This document shows positions 1-12,489 of a stretch of 64,000 nucleotides of DNA, one piece after another (position 1 is the stretch's first letter; each line of letters starts with the position of its first letter). The notes below the pieces were generated by a model that saw nothing but the letters and a program-made list of their open reading frames with translations, did no database searches and was not told where the DNA came from. The position numbers were made by a program, and so were the translations under genes. Source of the stretch: Epiperipatus broadwayi (lineage: Eukaryota; Animalia; Onychophora). The stretch is taken from assembly GCA_028023455.1 (NCBI GenBank), contig JAQFVV010000002.1, forward strand, positions 3,286,001 to 3,350,000. Direction: 5' to 3'.

Positions 1-75
1 CTTGAAACTTTTGTTATTCAAACACCTTTTACAAAATATTTCTTACCTACATCTTTGTTATTGCATATATACTAG

Positions 76-216
76 ATTTTGGAGATTGAAGTGATGGAGT
101 AAATTGTTCTTGGCTCTCTTTATGTTTTGGGTATTCTTAGCTTTGTTGGATTAAATTATTTCGATTATAATAATGTTGGCATCATAAATGCTATGAAAAT
201 GTTTTGGAAATTATAA
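76..216 (+). other. Possible terminal coding exon (or pseudo-exon) of an unidentified membrane protein
   Basis: AG at 74-75 after a pyrimidine-rich tract. 103-216 reads IVLGSLYVLGILSFVGLNYFDYNNVGIINAMKMFWKL-stop, a hydrophobic helix-like stretch with T/A-ending codons. An in-frame TAA at 100-102 separates it from the acceptor, so one lesion is required. Family not recognised. Confidence 0.3.
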
Positions 217-724
217 AAAATTTTCCACATCAATTTTTATTTTTTATAAATTTATTTGCATTTCATTAAAAAAACAATATAGTTGATTACTTAGTAAAGA
301 ATTAATGTAGCTCTTAATTTTATGGTTTGAAAATTTAATTTTTATTATCTACTTTGTTGATATGATGAATTAAAAAGTAAACATATATTTATTATAATTT
401 ATGAATTATAAAATAGAAAATATTGCTTTTTAAACAATTAAGAATTGACATTTTCCCCCTGGAAAATTAATGACATGATTTTTTAAAATTATTTTAGATT
501 TTTTTTTTTAAAAGAACACACTTACTGTTTTATTTTTTACAAATAAAATACTGGACCTCATGAAATGGAGTTTTAAAAAAAAAAATATGTAAAAGTTTGG
601 ATGCAGAAAGATATTTTGAAATAATTTTTATGCCTGAAAGCAATTTCTAAGCATTGAATTGTAAGTGTATATTGTGGCTATATGTAGTTACATCAAGCAT
701 TAGATGTAAATGTCAAATATAAAA

Positions 725-900
725 GCTAATAATTGATAACATTTTAATTCTAAAACCTTGTTAACTAAAGGGTTAAATTATACAAGGTAATAATTAATGG
801 GATTCTCTTCTTTATTCTAAAACTATGGTAAATTAGGTTAAATTATGAAACACTAACAATTAATAGCATTTTAAATTCTAAAACTCTCAGTAAATAAATG
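725..900. repeat. Degenerate tandem repeat, about 3 units of about 65 bp
   Basis: Recurring taataatt...ttt(a)attctaaaac...ggttaaattat blocks at about 727, 790 and 852. Confidence 0.4.
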
Positions 901-1692
901 TTTTATTCCAGGTTGTGCATGTACATTTCGTCTCATATCTCTCAAACAAATATTTGGTACAAAACTAATAAAAAAAAGTTTGTTAATTAGTGAATTTTGA
1001 GGGAAAAGAGAAAATAAAAGAAACAGTTTTATAAAAGTTTTCTGCAATAGAAGTTTTAACTAAGTCATTTATATAAAAAAAATATGGAATCCCAAAATAA
1101 ATGTGTATAACTGAAAGGAAAATAACAATATTTTTTTATTTTGTTTTCCCTTTCTCTATTTCCAGTTGTGATTAGTAATCATGACATTGCCTTTCCTATT
1201 CTTATTAAAAAGCAGAAATTGACAATAGTCTTAAAATAGGTGTCTAATTAAGTTATTTATTGATAAACATCCTATAGAGCTTGGGTGAGAGAAATTGGGC
1301 TTTGATAATCTATAAAAGGCTATTGGTAAAAAAAATTAGTTCAGACCATCAGTCTACATTTTGTGAAAACTATTGGAATGTGTATGTACACTCTGAAAGT
1401 TAGAAAAAATGTATAATAAATAAAATACATGATGGTTTTGTACCTTGTACATATACATAAGGTAAATATTAAACAAATACAAACTCTTGTAGTCTATGCT
1501 GGGCTATATACTATTCAACAGAAAAAGAAAGTGAAGTTATTTAACTGGCACAACCTAGCATGAAGAAAAATAACTTAATTGCTCCATTCCAGCTCTATCA
1601 TATATGAATACTTAACTGTACTTTATCAAAGGAGAAGAAAGAAGATTTACTGAGTATGACCAGCAAAACATAGAATGAAATGCTACAACACA

Positions 1693-1794
1693 TTTTTTTT
1701 TATGTGTCATAGCATCGGCGGGAAGCGAACCCGCTAACCCGGGACAACTGCTTGTAAGGTAGCTGTGCTGACCACTAGACCACCAATGCTTGAC
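1693..1794 (-). mobile_element. Short tRNA-derived SINE (family G), copy 1
   Basis: Minus strand GCATTGG...CCGATGC acceptor-like stem, A-box TGGTCTAGTGG, loop CTTACAA, B-box-like GGGTTCGCTTCC and an A tail. Homologous to copies at 44021 and 60525. Confidence 0.8.
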
Positions 1795-3299
1795 ACATTT
1801 GTTTATTGACAAAATCCACAATTTTTCTAAAAACCCACATGGATAAATTTGTGTGATTATAAACTGCATAGGACTCATTTTAAATTTATGACTGAGAATT
1901 ATTTTTCAAAACTTTGTGAACTAATGCGAAGAAAAATTATTCCAAGGATTATCATTGCTTGGACCCAAAGTGTCAGTTTTTTATATACATATGTTTTGCC
2001 AGAGGCAAAACTCTCCACATGTTTTGCTACCAAAAAAAAAAAAAAAAAAAGAAAGGTCAAAAAATAAATAAAAGACAAGGATTAAAAATAAGAGTAGCTA
2101 TTTATTTTGTCATTAAATTTATTAACATATAATTTTTTTTTCTTTCTCTCAATTAACTATTAACCAATATCATTTTTTCTTGCTTAATCCATCTACTCTA
2201 AATATTATATGTGTTTATTTTAATGTAGGATGTGTATTTGTATTTTGAAAATTTTTTATGTGTGCATTATATATATATTTTAATATGATTATTATTTTTT
2301 TTTACTTATACAATTTCAACTTTGATTTGATATTGGGATAATAAAATACATTTTTTTTTTTTGCATATGTATTTATTTAACTTAAAAGAAAATAAGGTAA
2401 TGCAATATTATTACTACCTAGTGACTGTGATGCCTCTTTAAAGTCTGTAATATTAAATGTTGGAGAAGATGTAAAGACTACTTGTATATTATTACCAGAA
2501 TAAAACTGTTATTGTCACATCTGTTTGCCTTGTTCACTTTTCATTTATGCATTTCACCAAGATAACTAAGTAGTGCAACATTTCCAGTGAGTTTCATGAG
2601 CCCCTAAGCTACAATCTGTTGCATAACAGAATCTCTTCAAAGACTATAAATTTAAACCTAGTTGCTAGTGGCAATTATTCTGTATCTGTAATAATATTAC
2701 CAGCAAGGACTAATAAATATTCTAGTAACCTTATGTAGCATAGTTTATGTTCATTCGATGAGCAGGAAATTTTACTGTATAGAGTTAACATTATCGTCAA
2801 TAGGCTTTAAAATGATAGTGTCCCTCAGTATGCTCATCATTGGATAGTAAGTCAATTACAGTTATGATCAAGTGAGGCCTGATCAAGGTAGCATAGATGG
2901 GTCTATGTCACAGTATATATTTAATTTTCTTTTTATAGATTTACATATTTTATTGCAATAGATTATTCAAAATAATTTGGGGGTGGGGTGGAATTTTACA
3001 TTTGATAGCATAACTCATGAAATGATCTAACATATTACATGATTCAAATATAATAGAGAAGCATTTATTAGTTTATATTTAATCTTCCTTTTAAATAAGA
3101 TTTCTTTTAATTATATTTACTTCTTTTATGTCTCTGGTTACTATGGTTAAACTTTTTATTTTTAACTAAATGATCATTTTGTATTCAGTCAGGCAAAATA
3201 TATTTATTCACTTTATTAATGATTTTGTTATGACTCTATTAAAATTGTATTTACTAAAGCTATATACAACTTAAATACTAATAATTACTTTTATTTTTA

Positions 3300-3480
3300 A
3301 TTCTAAATCGTTAAAATTAGTTCATTAAAAAAAAAAAAAAAACCGTTCAAACAGTGTAACGACATTCATCAACTAGTTTATAATGCATGATACAGACACA
3401 CCATGACGTGAAGAGTTGTAACCGTTAACTAACAATGTAATCACACAACTCTAAATTTTCCACTACTATCTTATTAACCC
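3300..3480. promoter_or_regulatory. Candidate unmethylated promoter-like region
   Basis: Local CpG retention from about 3300 to 4350 in an otherwise CpG-depleted background, and a TGACGTGA (CRE/ATF-like) motif at 3404-3411. No transcript evidence. Confidence 0.3.
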
Positions 3481-4419
3481 AAAGGATATGAAAATATACT
3501 AAGTATAAAATAATATATAAATAAAGTTTTTGAAACTAAAATTACTTCGCCATCACTTAACCATAATATTAAGGCATATATGTTCTAATAAATAAAACAA
3601 GTTTAATATGTATAAAAAAAGATAAGATAAATCAAAAAAAAATTATTCGTAATAGTTTATTTTGAAGATTTTTTATTATTATTCCGAAACTTATAAACTG
3701 TACATACAAAATGCATTTTGGCTATATATAAATTGCACATTCTCAAAAATCTTTTCAACCTAAAAAAAAAAAAAACAGGAAATATATTAGAAATTAAATA
3801 TACACATAACTAAAATACGCATAGATGAATAAAAAGATTAATGATGGATGGATAGATCATTTAGTTATATTTCTGTGCGTATTAATATATATACAAACAT
3901 ATATAACCATTATGTTTTCGTAAACGCACTTGACTATTGTTTTGTACAAGTTCAAAGGCAATTTAAAATAGATATTTTCCTTCTGTTATAATAAAAGCTT
4001 TATCCTTTACTTGCTCTTTAAAGTAAATAAGCTTCTTACTGTTTAAGAAATAAATCTTTTTTTTTTCCAAACCGATAGTAAGAAAATTCTTTTAAAAAAG
4101 ATATTCTTAAACATTGAATGTGTGGATATATATATGTCATTTGGTTTATATATGTGTATGTGTGTAATGATTAACTGTTGTACTTTATAAAGAAATAATC
4201 AGTCAGAAGTCACTGTTACATCCACAATTCTTACTGTTAATAAGTTCTTTCTTTATATAATGTAGGTTCAGCAAAGATTATAAGCATCATGGGTGATATT
4301 TATTTATTGCAGTTAGGGTGTTCTGGGTTAGATGGATAAAATTTAATAGGTCGTATTTTTATGCTTAAAAAAAAACTGATTAGAATTTATATCCTTCCTT
4401 CAATTAAGCCCTTTTCTTA

Positions 4420-4780
4420 TAAGTACTTGCTCATTATTATCTCTTTTTTTTATACTTTTGTGATTACATTGAGCACTTTCATCTATTCATTTGTTTCCAT
4501 ATAAATTATTATATTAATAGTAACAAATGCTACACATTTTCTTTAGATTAAATTCTCATATTTTATAATAATGGATGAGTATTGCAGATATTCATATTTC
4601 TTTTTTTTTCTCAAAAAGCTAAGGTTGATTTCCTCATATTCCAATGTTTTCATTAAAAAGAAATCACTAGGACTATATGCATGTAATCATATCTTTTAGG
4701 GTAGATCACACATGTCATTATTCGGACAATTTCAATGTCCTACACTATATCATCTGGCCAAAATACCTTATATTAACAAC
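4420..4780 (-). mobile_element. Highly decayed mariner-like transposase remnant
   Basis: Minus strand tgtgatctaccctaaa and the following sequence resemble the mariner DLHPKKxMLxVWW region. Many stops and frameshifts. Confidence 0.3.
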
Positions 4781-5787
4781 AAGAAAATACATATATGAAT
4801 GAACTCAAAACATAGATTTACCTCATTTACTTGTGAAAATCATTGTTTTAATATCACTGATTAAACATTATGCCTAATCAGTAAAAATATATACTTCAAA
4901 AATTTTAACAAAGATGTTACTTAATGTATATAAGACATTAAATTAGCTTCTATGTTATTTCTGTACTCTGCACAAAAGATTTTACCTATGTTACATTATA
5001 TATATTATTTTTGTTCTCTAGCATGAATTAATATAATAGTAATGTTGCAGAGTCAAGATGTTAGAGGCAGTTAAATAGCTTCATCTTTTCCATTTTTAAA
5101 AAAATAATTTTGTCTATTACATTATTGATGAAGTAAGACACTAGTTTTAGAAACATTTTGTTATTGGTAGAAATCCTTTAGCAGTCACTCAATATACAGT
5201 AATATTTCTCTTTTCCCATTTGAATTATGATCAACACATTATATATTTCTAATCAGGACTGGATCTACCAATATGCATTAGAGCTATAGTATTTAACATG
5301 GAAAAAATTTAAAGCTTCAAAAATTATCTTCATAGTAGATTTTAAAATATATCAAAACACATATTTAATAGATTGCTTGAAATATATATTTATGTGCAGA
5401 AAACTCTTACTTTGTGCTTATATATTTTATATAAATTATTTACATGTGCATAAATTATAAATGGGTGATGCAAACAGTTGAATCTAAATATTTCTACCTT
5501 GACATTTTAGTCAAAATAAAATTAAAATCTACATGATTCTAAGCTATTTGAAATTTCTTTTATGTTGTTGTTGCTAATATTTGTTATTTTCATTTTAAAA
5601 ATTTCTGAACATAAATGTAGTTGGCTCGTTCGTCTTAGAGAAAAACAATAAATTTCAGAAATTACCATTTTTGGTCATCAAGTAATATTTGATAATTAGG
5701 AAAAAAATATTTCTTTTGTAAATAGTTCTAAATTTATATATATATAAATGTGAGACACATTCTCAATATTCAAAACAGAGTATATAC

Positions 5788-8631
5788 CAGAGGTGAACAC
5801 ATAAGGTCAATGAGAGCCACATGCCAGTTTTCATGTTTTGTAAAGTGCCACACCATATTATTTAAGTACATAAAAAATAAATATATATACAGTAGTCAAC
5901 ATTTATTTTATTTAATTAATATGATAACATATTCTACACAAGTTTTAATTATTGTATAAGATATATAAAAAATATAATTAAGAAAAAAAAATAAAATACA
6001 AAATAATTATTTCAAGTTTAATAATGAAAATAAAATATAGTAATAAAAATTCAGTAATAAAAGTGTACCCTTTAATGAAGACCTTTGACCAAATCTTTGA
6101 AATTTGCTGTATAATTTGTTAAAGCTGTTTGCAGAAATTCTGTGAAATGTTGATTTGGTCAATTGTGAACAATGTTTCAACTTCACAAACTTTGTCAAGT
6201 ACAACAATTCACAGAAATATGTTGTACCAAAAATTGAAATTAGATCGCAAGCAGCTTTTTTTAGTGTGGATATTTTGATTCTGGCATGAGTTTCCAAAAT
6301 TCAATTAGAGAACTAGATTTGTTATGCATTTCCAATGCATGATCCTCTCTCATCTCTAATAACTCCAACTCCCCAGCCATTTTTTTGACAAATATTATTT
6401 CAGAAATTGGAAATCCACCTTCAATAATATCACAAATAAATGGGTTCATAAAATATGCAAATGTATATTTAAAACTTTTTCAAATCTATATTTGAAATTT
6501 GCTTGCAATTCTTCCAATTTTTCTTTATATTCATTTAATTTTTCTTCTTTGATATTTATTATATTTGCTTTTATTCATGAAAGTTGATTAAATATTCTGT
6601 TAAGATTGTGCATGAGCTGAAGTTTAGCTTTAAAATTAAATACAGTTTGGGACAAACCACTAATCATTTTTCTTTTTTTAGTAAAGCCAAATTGTTTACA
6701 AATGGTCCATAATGTTTGTAAGGGACATTAAGTCAGAAAGCCAAGTTTCATTTTCTAATTCTGTTTTTTTTTTTTTTTTGTCTTTTCTTTTTAAAATGTT
6801 ACGGTAGAATTTAGGAGCTTCACAAAATGGCTCAAAGCACTATAAGTTGTCAGTCATCTTATGACAGACTGTAAGGAGAGATCACTGAGCAACATCTGTT
6901 TTGTCATTTAAATCATCTAAAAGTTCTTAAATTGGTGGTTTGTTTTGGAATTTGTTTTAATTAAATTCACAATCTGCAAAATCATCTTCCACATATTTTT
7001 ATATTTTAAGTACAGTGAAGAGGTACAAGACCTACATTTCCCTTATCATTGCAGGACTCTGTCAGTTGCAACACATAACTTTATCACAGGACAATTCAAA
7101 CCTGTTCATTACCTCATCCTACACATTTTATCATAATATTGTGAGTTGTTTCAGTAAGAACTAGTAGGTCTAACATTTTTTCTTTCATATTTATGTCTGT
7201 AGACACATAACAGACAAAACAGTCAATTGTGGAACATCCTGAATGTCTGTAGATTCATTGAGAGCTAAACTGAATGCTGTACAATTTTTCAAATCACATA
7301 TCAAACTATTTTTAACATTTTTACTAATTTGACTAATACGACACTCAGTTGCAAGGCATGGCATAGGAACGTGTGCAATCAATTTATGCAGCTTTATATT
7401 ATCTGGATCCAAAACTTTAATCACTTCCTCCAAGTTTCTTTTAATAAATTCTTCTCCATATGATTGTTTTGCATGAGCAATATTCCAAGCTACCAAAAAA
7501 CTATCCATTGGCTGCATCATCGCCATGACTAAAAGAAGACAAGAGTTCTTGTTACTTATGAAGATCTGATTACAATGACTTAAGTTTTGTTGTTTGGAAC
7601 TTTGAATTGTTTAAATATTGATTTGAAAAGTGGGGATGATTTACTTTATAATGTTGATGTAAATTGCTTACTTTGTAGTTTGCAATTGTAACTTTACAAA
7701 TAAGACACAATCAATGACTTTCCAATATTGTCAATAAAAGCAAATTTTTCTACTCATTCTTTCTGTTAGTCTTCTATTTTCTTGCTCATATTTTCATGTT
7801 TTGATATTTTCTGAAGTCATGTTAACAAAAAATTTAACTAAATTTATTTCCAAAGTCTGAAATTCAAACAAAATACATAAATAAATAATTAATTTTTAAA
7901 AAAATGTTTAAATATTAATTTTTGTTTTAAAAGATTTGTAAATGGCACAACAAATAGTCAAACAAACAGGGCTACATAAAATAAAATAAGAATAAAAACA
8001 ATTTAGAATAATTAAAAGCAATTTTGGATTTTATTTATTTTTGGTTGATATTTCCCTGATAATTCTTAAACGTTTGTTTTATTATTATTTACCACCAAAA
8101 ATAACCAAAATCAAGCAAATACTTTCCAGTTTTATTTTCAATGGTTTATTATTTAATTGTTAAAAAATATATAAAACTCTAAGTGCACTAATTGTAAACA
8201 AATAAAATAATTTTATTAGAAAGTTCACTGCAGAAAAATTACACATCACAACAAATTTAAATTGTTTAATAAAACAGTCTATTTACCAGATCTTTTGAAA
8301 AAATATGAAAAGAACATTTAGCTGAAAGGAAAACTATTACTGAAATATACAATCCCAAAATGGCACAAATCATAAATATATATGTGGTCATTCAGTGGAT
8401 GCCATTAACGTACAGCTGGCCAATATATTTGAAAATAGTATATACATACACACATGATATAATTTGTAATAAAGGAAGCAATAAAAATGTTGATAAAATT
8501 TTTTATCATATTACAAATTTTGTGCAATTAAAAAAAAATCTGAAATAATAAAAGTAAAATCAGATTTCAATGGGAGCCACATTTAACTAAGAGCAACATG
8601 CAGCTCTGAGAGCCACATTTGCCCACCATTG
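5788..8631 (-). mobile_element. Decayed hAT DNA transposon, Buster-type, about 2.84 kb
   Basis: Imperfect TIRs CAGAGGTGAACACA (5788) and CAATGGTGGGCAAA (reverse complement ending at 8631), with subterminal GAGCCACAT repeats at both ends. 8-bp TSD-like flanks gtatatac (5780-5787) and gtataaat (8632-8639) have the central TA typical of Buster elements. Internal transposase remnants are present. Confidence 0.85.
6007..7526 (-). pseudogene. hAT/Buster transposase pseudogene (ZBED5/SCAND3/GTF2IRD2-like family)
   Basis: ORF 7191-7526 contains FSLALNESTDIQDVPQL, matching the FSLALDESTD catalytic-Asp motif. ORF 6007-6297 contains IFGTTYFCE, matching the C-terminal hAT dimerisation motif FGSTYxCE. 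Fragmented by stops and frameshifts. Confidence 0.85.
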
Positions 8632-9033
8632 GTATAAATTATTTAAATCACTAATAAATAAGTTTTCTATGCAGTACACCAGACTCATGGCAATCAGGCA
8701 TGTTGAGAATGGTGTATCTCTTATTTAGATATTATATACAAAATTTGATTTATTCACATCTATATATTTGTATGAGTATCCAAAGGAACAAAGTAATTGT
8801 CCTAAGATATTTATGTTATATTATATATATGAGCAATAAAAAACAATTATAATTAAAGAGAATGAGATTTAAATAATTAAGTAAATTAAAACATTGTACA
8901 GGCTTAATACCTGCATTTTTATATGTAATATATGCGCGATTTGAACTCAGACTTCCACACGACCCACAACTCTCAGTGCCATCTTATATTGCTGACCCAC
9001 ATGATCACACACATGATGAAAAGATAAAAAATT

Positions 9034-9077
9034 ACCAATATATATATTTTGTGCCAAACCAGCAGTCATCAGTTGGT
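9034..9077 (-). ncRNA. Decayed family B hammerhead motif (left arm)
   Basis: Minus strand ACCAA CTGATGA CTGCTGGTTTGGCAC AAA ATATATAT A TTGGT. Confidence 0.55.
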
Positions 9078-9134
9078 CCAGCTTAATCTAAAGCTGAGTA
9101 GTGATTATATATATGTGTGGAGATGGTAATCTGG

Positions 9135-9178
9135 ACCAACTGATGAGTGCTGATTTAGCACAAAATATATATATTGGT
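9135..9178 (+). ncRNA. Minimal type-I hammerhead ribozyme motif (family B), G12 decayed
   Basis: ACCAA-CTGATGA-GTGCT(gattt)AGCAC-AAA-ATATATAT-A-TTGGT. Stem I is ACCAA/TTGGT, stem II is GTGCT/AGCAC and stem III is an 8-nt palindrome. GAAA reads AAAA here, consistent with CpG to CpA decay. Confidence 0.75.
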
Positions 9179-9859
9179 GATTATTTATCTTTTCAACATG
9201 TGTGTGATCAGGTGGGTGAGCAATGTAAGATGGCACTGAGAGTAGTGGGTCGTGTGAAAGTCTGAGTTCGAATCCCACATAATTATGTAAATTAAATTAA
9301 AAGGGTGAATAAAGAGAAAGCCATAACAAGATGAAAATTAATAATTATTGTATTGAATATGTCTGACAAAAAAAAAATTGCATAAATTTATGTAGACAAC
9401 AGAATTTATGAGCAGAGATATTCAATACAATTGAAATTAGAAATAGTAATAAGATTTAATATCAAAAATAATTAAATCATATATAATAAAAATATAATTT
9501 ATTTTAAAGAAAAGGTCAAAAGCATTCAAACAAACAGCATCTGAAATTTTATAAAAAAATTTAAAAGCACAGATCTATTGCATTATTTTTCTTTGTATGA
9601 TCAAAGTACTAACTCTGAGACAGAACATTGGCATTATTAATCATAAATCAGTTTTCTTTGAAATACTAACAGTTATCTTAGGGTTGGCAATTTAGTAAAA
9701 GCATAAGATAAAGAAAATAATTAAAATAATCATATATTTTAATGATTGTTAAAATTCAATAGGTGTGAATAAATAAATTACTGTATCTCTTTTCTGCTAA
9801 TTGAATTCATTGTCTTCATTATTTTAAACTATAATTTATCTACTTCAGAATGAAGATCT

Positions 9860-10290
9860 TTCCAAATTTATTCTAGTTTCTCCAATATCTAGCCTCTCTT
9901 TTCCACAACACATGAAAAAACTTCTTCATTCACCCATTTCTCATTTGGTTTTTGTTTAGGTCTTTTACAATTTCTTGGGATCCAGTTTAAGGCCTCAATT
10001 GTCCATCATCAGCAACTTTTCTATCAATATTTCCAACCCAAATCCATTTAAGGTCTCTCCAAATTTAATCTAGTTTCTCCAATCTCACCCATGAAAAAAC
10101 TTCCTCATTCACCCATTTTTCATTTGGTATTTTTTAGGTCCTTTACAACCTCTTCCAATCCATTTTAAGTCTCAATTGTCCATCACTATCAACTTTTCTA
10201 TTAATATGTCCAACTCAAATCCATTTTAGTTTTTTAATGCTTTTAATAATATTAGTTATACTACTCACCTACTTTGTTTTTGATTTAATC
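9860..10290 (-). mobile_element. RTE-like LINE 3-prime fragment with internal direct duplication of about 180 bp
   Basis: Two diverged tandem copies (about 9862-10050 and 10055-10235) of ctagtttctccaat...catgaaaaaactt...caattgtccatc...aaatccattt. Composition resembles the antisense RTE RT C-terminus. Confidence 0.5.
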
Positions 10291-12093
10291 TTGTTCTCCT
10301 AATATATATATTTTCATATTTTGTTGAATGGTCTGAAGTTTCTGTATTATTCTACCAATAAGGGTCCAAGAATCAGATCAAAAAATAAGAACTGGTAAAA
10401 TATATCTATTAAATATCTTCCTTTTCAAACACAATGACATATTTCCTTTTAATACTAGATCTACTATGAATTATATAGCTGGAAGCAAGGAATCCTAATG
10501 AAAATAAAACAAGTGCTCATACATTTGCAATAGTCAAAAGTTCTCATGATTGTCATTCAACATGAAATGTAGATGTGTAAAAAAGTTTGCAATGATTTTA
10601 TCAAGTTTAACTATAACTATTGCTGATCATATAGTAAAAGGATACCCTGATCATTTTAAAACAAATAAAGATATTATTTGTGTTATATTGTGTTAGGAAT
10701 TCCCAATTATAAATATTGGAAGTGATATTTCAAATATAAATTGAAAATCATAAAAATCCCATAGTTCCAGAATAGACAGAAATAGATTATAAGTAAATGA
10801 ATTCCCATATTCTTTAGAAACAAAATCCTTAATAAAGTAACTAATAAAAAACAAAAAAATTTACATAAATAATTTTATATTGTGGTTCATTGAATATATT
10901 TTATACATTTTGCTATGCAATCAAAACATTTCAAATTTACAACTGAAAAATAAAATACTGAGTAGATAGATTAATTTTTAAGTATTTCATTTAAAGACAA
11001 ATGAAATACTTGGATTCATGCCAATTCTTTAATCATTAAACCAGTTACAATTATTATTCAGGAATTAACTTCATTATTAAGTAAAAATATTTAAATATAA
11101 TAATTTAGCAACCATATTTTAAATGATAGGACTTACTTTTCAAAAAAAAATATACCAATATATTCAACAGACCAAGATTTTATTTGACATTTAAACAGAT
11201 AAATTTAAATGTAGCTATTTTGCAAAAGTAAAGTATAATTTAAATTAAATGACACAAATATAAAACTGAAAGCTAATTTGCATGGTAGGGTGTGTACAAA
11301 TAATTCCAATGCACCATTGGCATTGATAAATTGAGTGGAAAGAATTTATTTTCAAGTAGTATCAAAAATAAATACTACAAATTATGTAGGATTAGAGGTG
11401 CAAATATTATAATGATTTCACAAAAAGGTGTTATTGCTGAATGTTGGACCATGCAAAATATTTATACTGTAACAAATTTTTAACATAAATTCAAAAATAT
11501 TTTTACTGAAGCTTGGGTGTGTGTAAAATATTAGTTCACTATAATATAATAATTGTGTGAATATTACATTTAATATGAACAATAAGTTTATTTCCTGTGG
11601 TATGGGAAATCAGAAGCTGTTGAAAATAAAATAATGATTTTTGATATAATGCTAATGGGGACCATGGTGCATTTAAACAGGTTCCACATAATTTGGTATT
11701 AAAGTAAAACTATTGTTATATTTCTCTCTAGGGCATGATAGTTGATAGTATGAGAACCATGCATTTTATGATAACATAATATCACACAGTGAATCCAAAA
11801 TTAAAACACTGAAACTTTTGTTAACAGTAATATATATATAACCAAAACTGCCTAACACTATACTAGTAATAAATAAAATGCAAAACTCTAAAACAATACA
11901 ATACTAGATAAATTCTAAAATTTTTACTAAAATCCTTAAATGACTATAAACCTTGCCATAATTCATTTCAAACAACACCTTCCCTTAATATCAAAAGATG
12001 ACTTCATAAAATTGATAGCCTCAGATTCAAGAAGTTTTATCATCAAAATCCCCTTTATTCTTCTTTTTGATTCATTCTTTTAATAAAAAATAA

Positions 12094-12360
12094 TTACCTG
12101 GTATTTTTTATAAGATATCATGTAGTTTTGGTAAGTTTTATATAGGTCAGCGTAAGTTTAACCTTAATGAAAAGATTAAGATTCATATAAGTAGAGTTAA
12201 ACATAGGTATCTTAACTCAGCTTTATATATTCATAAATTGAATGCAGGTATTGTTTGACAATACATCAGTTATTTTTTATGAAAAGAATAAATTAAAAAT
12301 AAAAGACTTTGATGATAAAACTTCTTGAATCTGAGGCTATCAATCTTATGAAGACATCTT
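12094..12360 (+). pseudogene. Penelope-type GIY-YIG endonuclease remnant
   Basis: Hand translation gives LPGIFYKISCSFGKFYIGQRKFNLNEKIKIHISRVKHRYLNSALYIHKLNAG, then after frameshifts FDNTSVIFYEKNKLK and LLESEAI. This matches the PLE pattern GxY-x-I-x-C...YIGQT...H...SAL..H...FD...LE..I. Confidence 0.85.
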
Positions 12361-12446
12361 TTGATATTAAGGGAAGGTGGTGTTTGAAATGAATTGTGGG
12401 AAGGTTTGTTTGTTTGTATATATATTTGTTCCTTTAGTTTGATTTT

Positions 12447-12489
12447 CACTTGAGAAAGTCTATATGTAGTAGATGAAACCATGGTTGTG
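12447..12489 (+). ncRNA. Decayed hammerhead motif in PLE1 pseudo-LTR
   Basis: CAC-TTGAGAA-A-GTCTA(tatgtag)TAGAT-GAA-ACCATGGT-T-GTG. Stem I is CAC/GTG, stem II is GTCTA/TAGAY and stem III is the palindrome ACCATGGT. The CUGANGA box is mutated. Confidence 0.55.

Larger units (their letters stand above)
8938..9278. mobile_element. Family B foldback: inverted pair of an HHR plus tRNA-like non-coding element
   Basis: Arms of about 145 bp (8938-9080 and 9131-9278) are diverged reverse complements. Each contains an HHR motif followed by a tRNA-like module; in the right arm this is 9211-9278, with A-box-like TGGGTGAGCAATGTAAG and B-box GAGTTCGAATCCC. Confidence 0.85.

Noticed and set aside
1693-1794. 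Functional tRNA gene (also the 44021, 60525, 39089 and 9211 modules)
   Set aside because: The T or anticodon arms are distorted, the copies are divergent, and they carry an A tail/TSD or are embedded in repeats. They are SINE-type derivatives.
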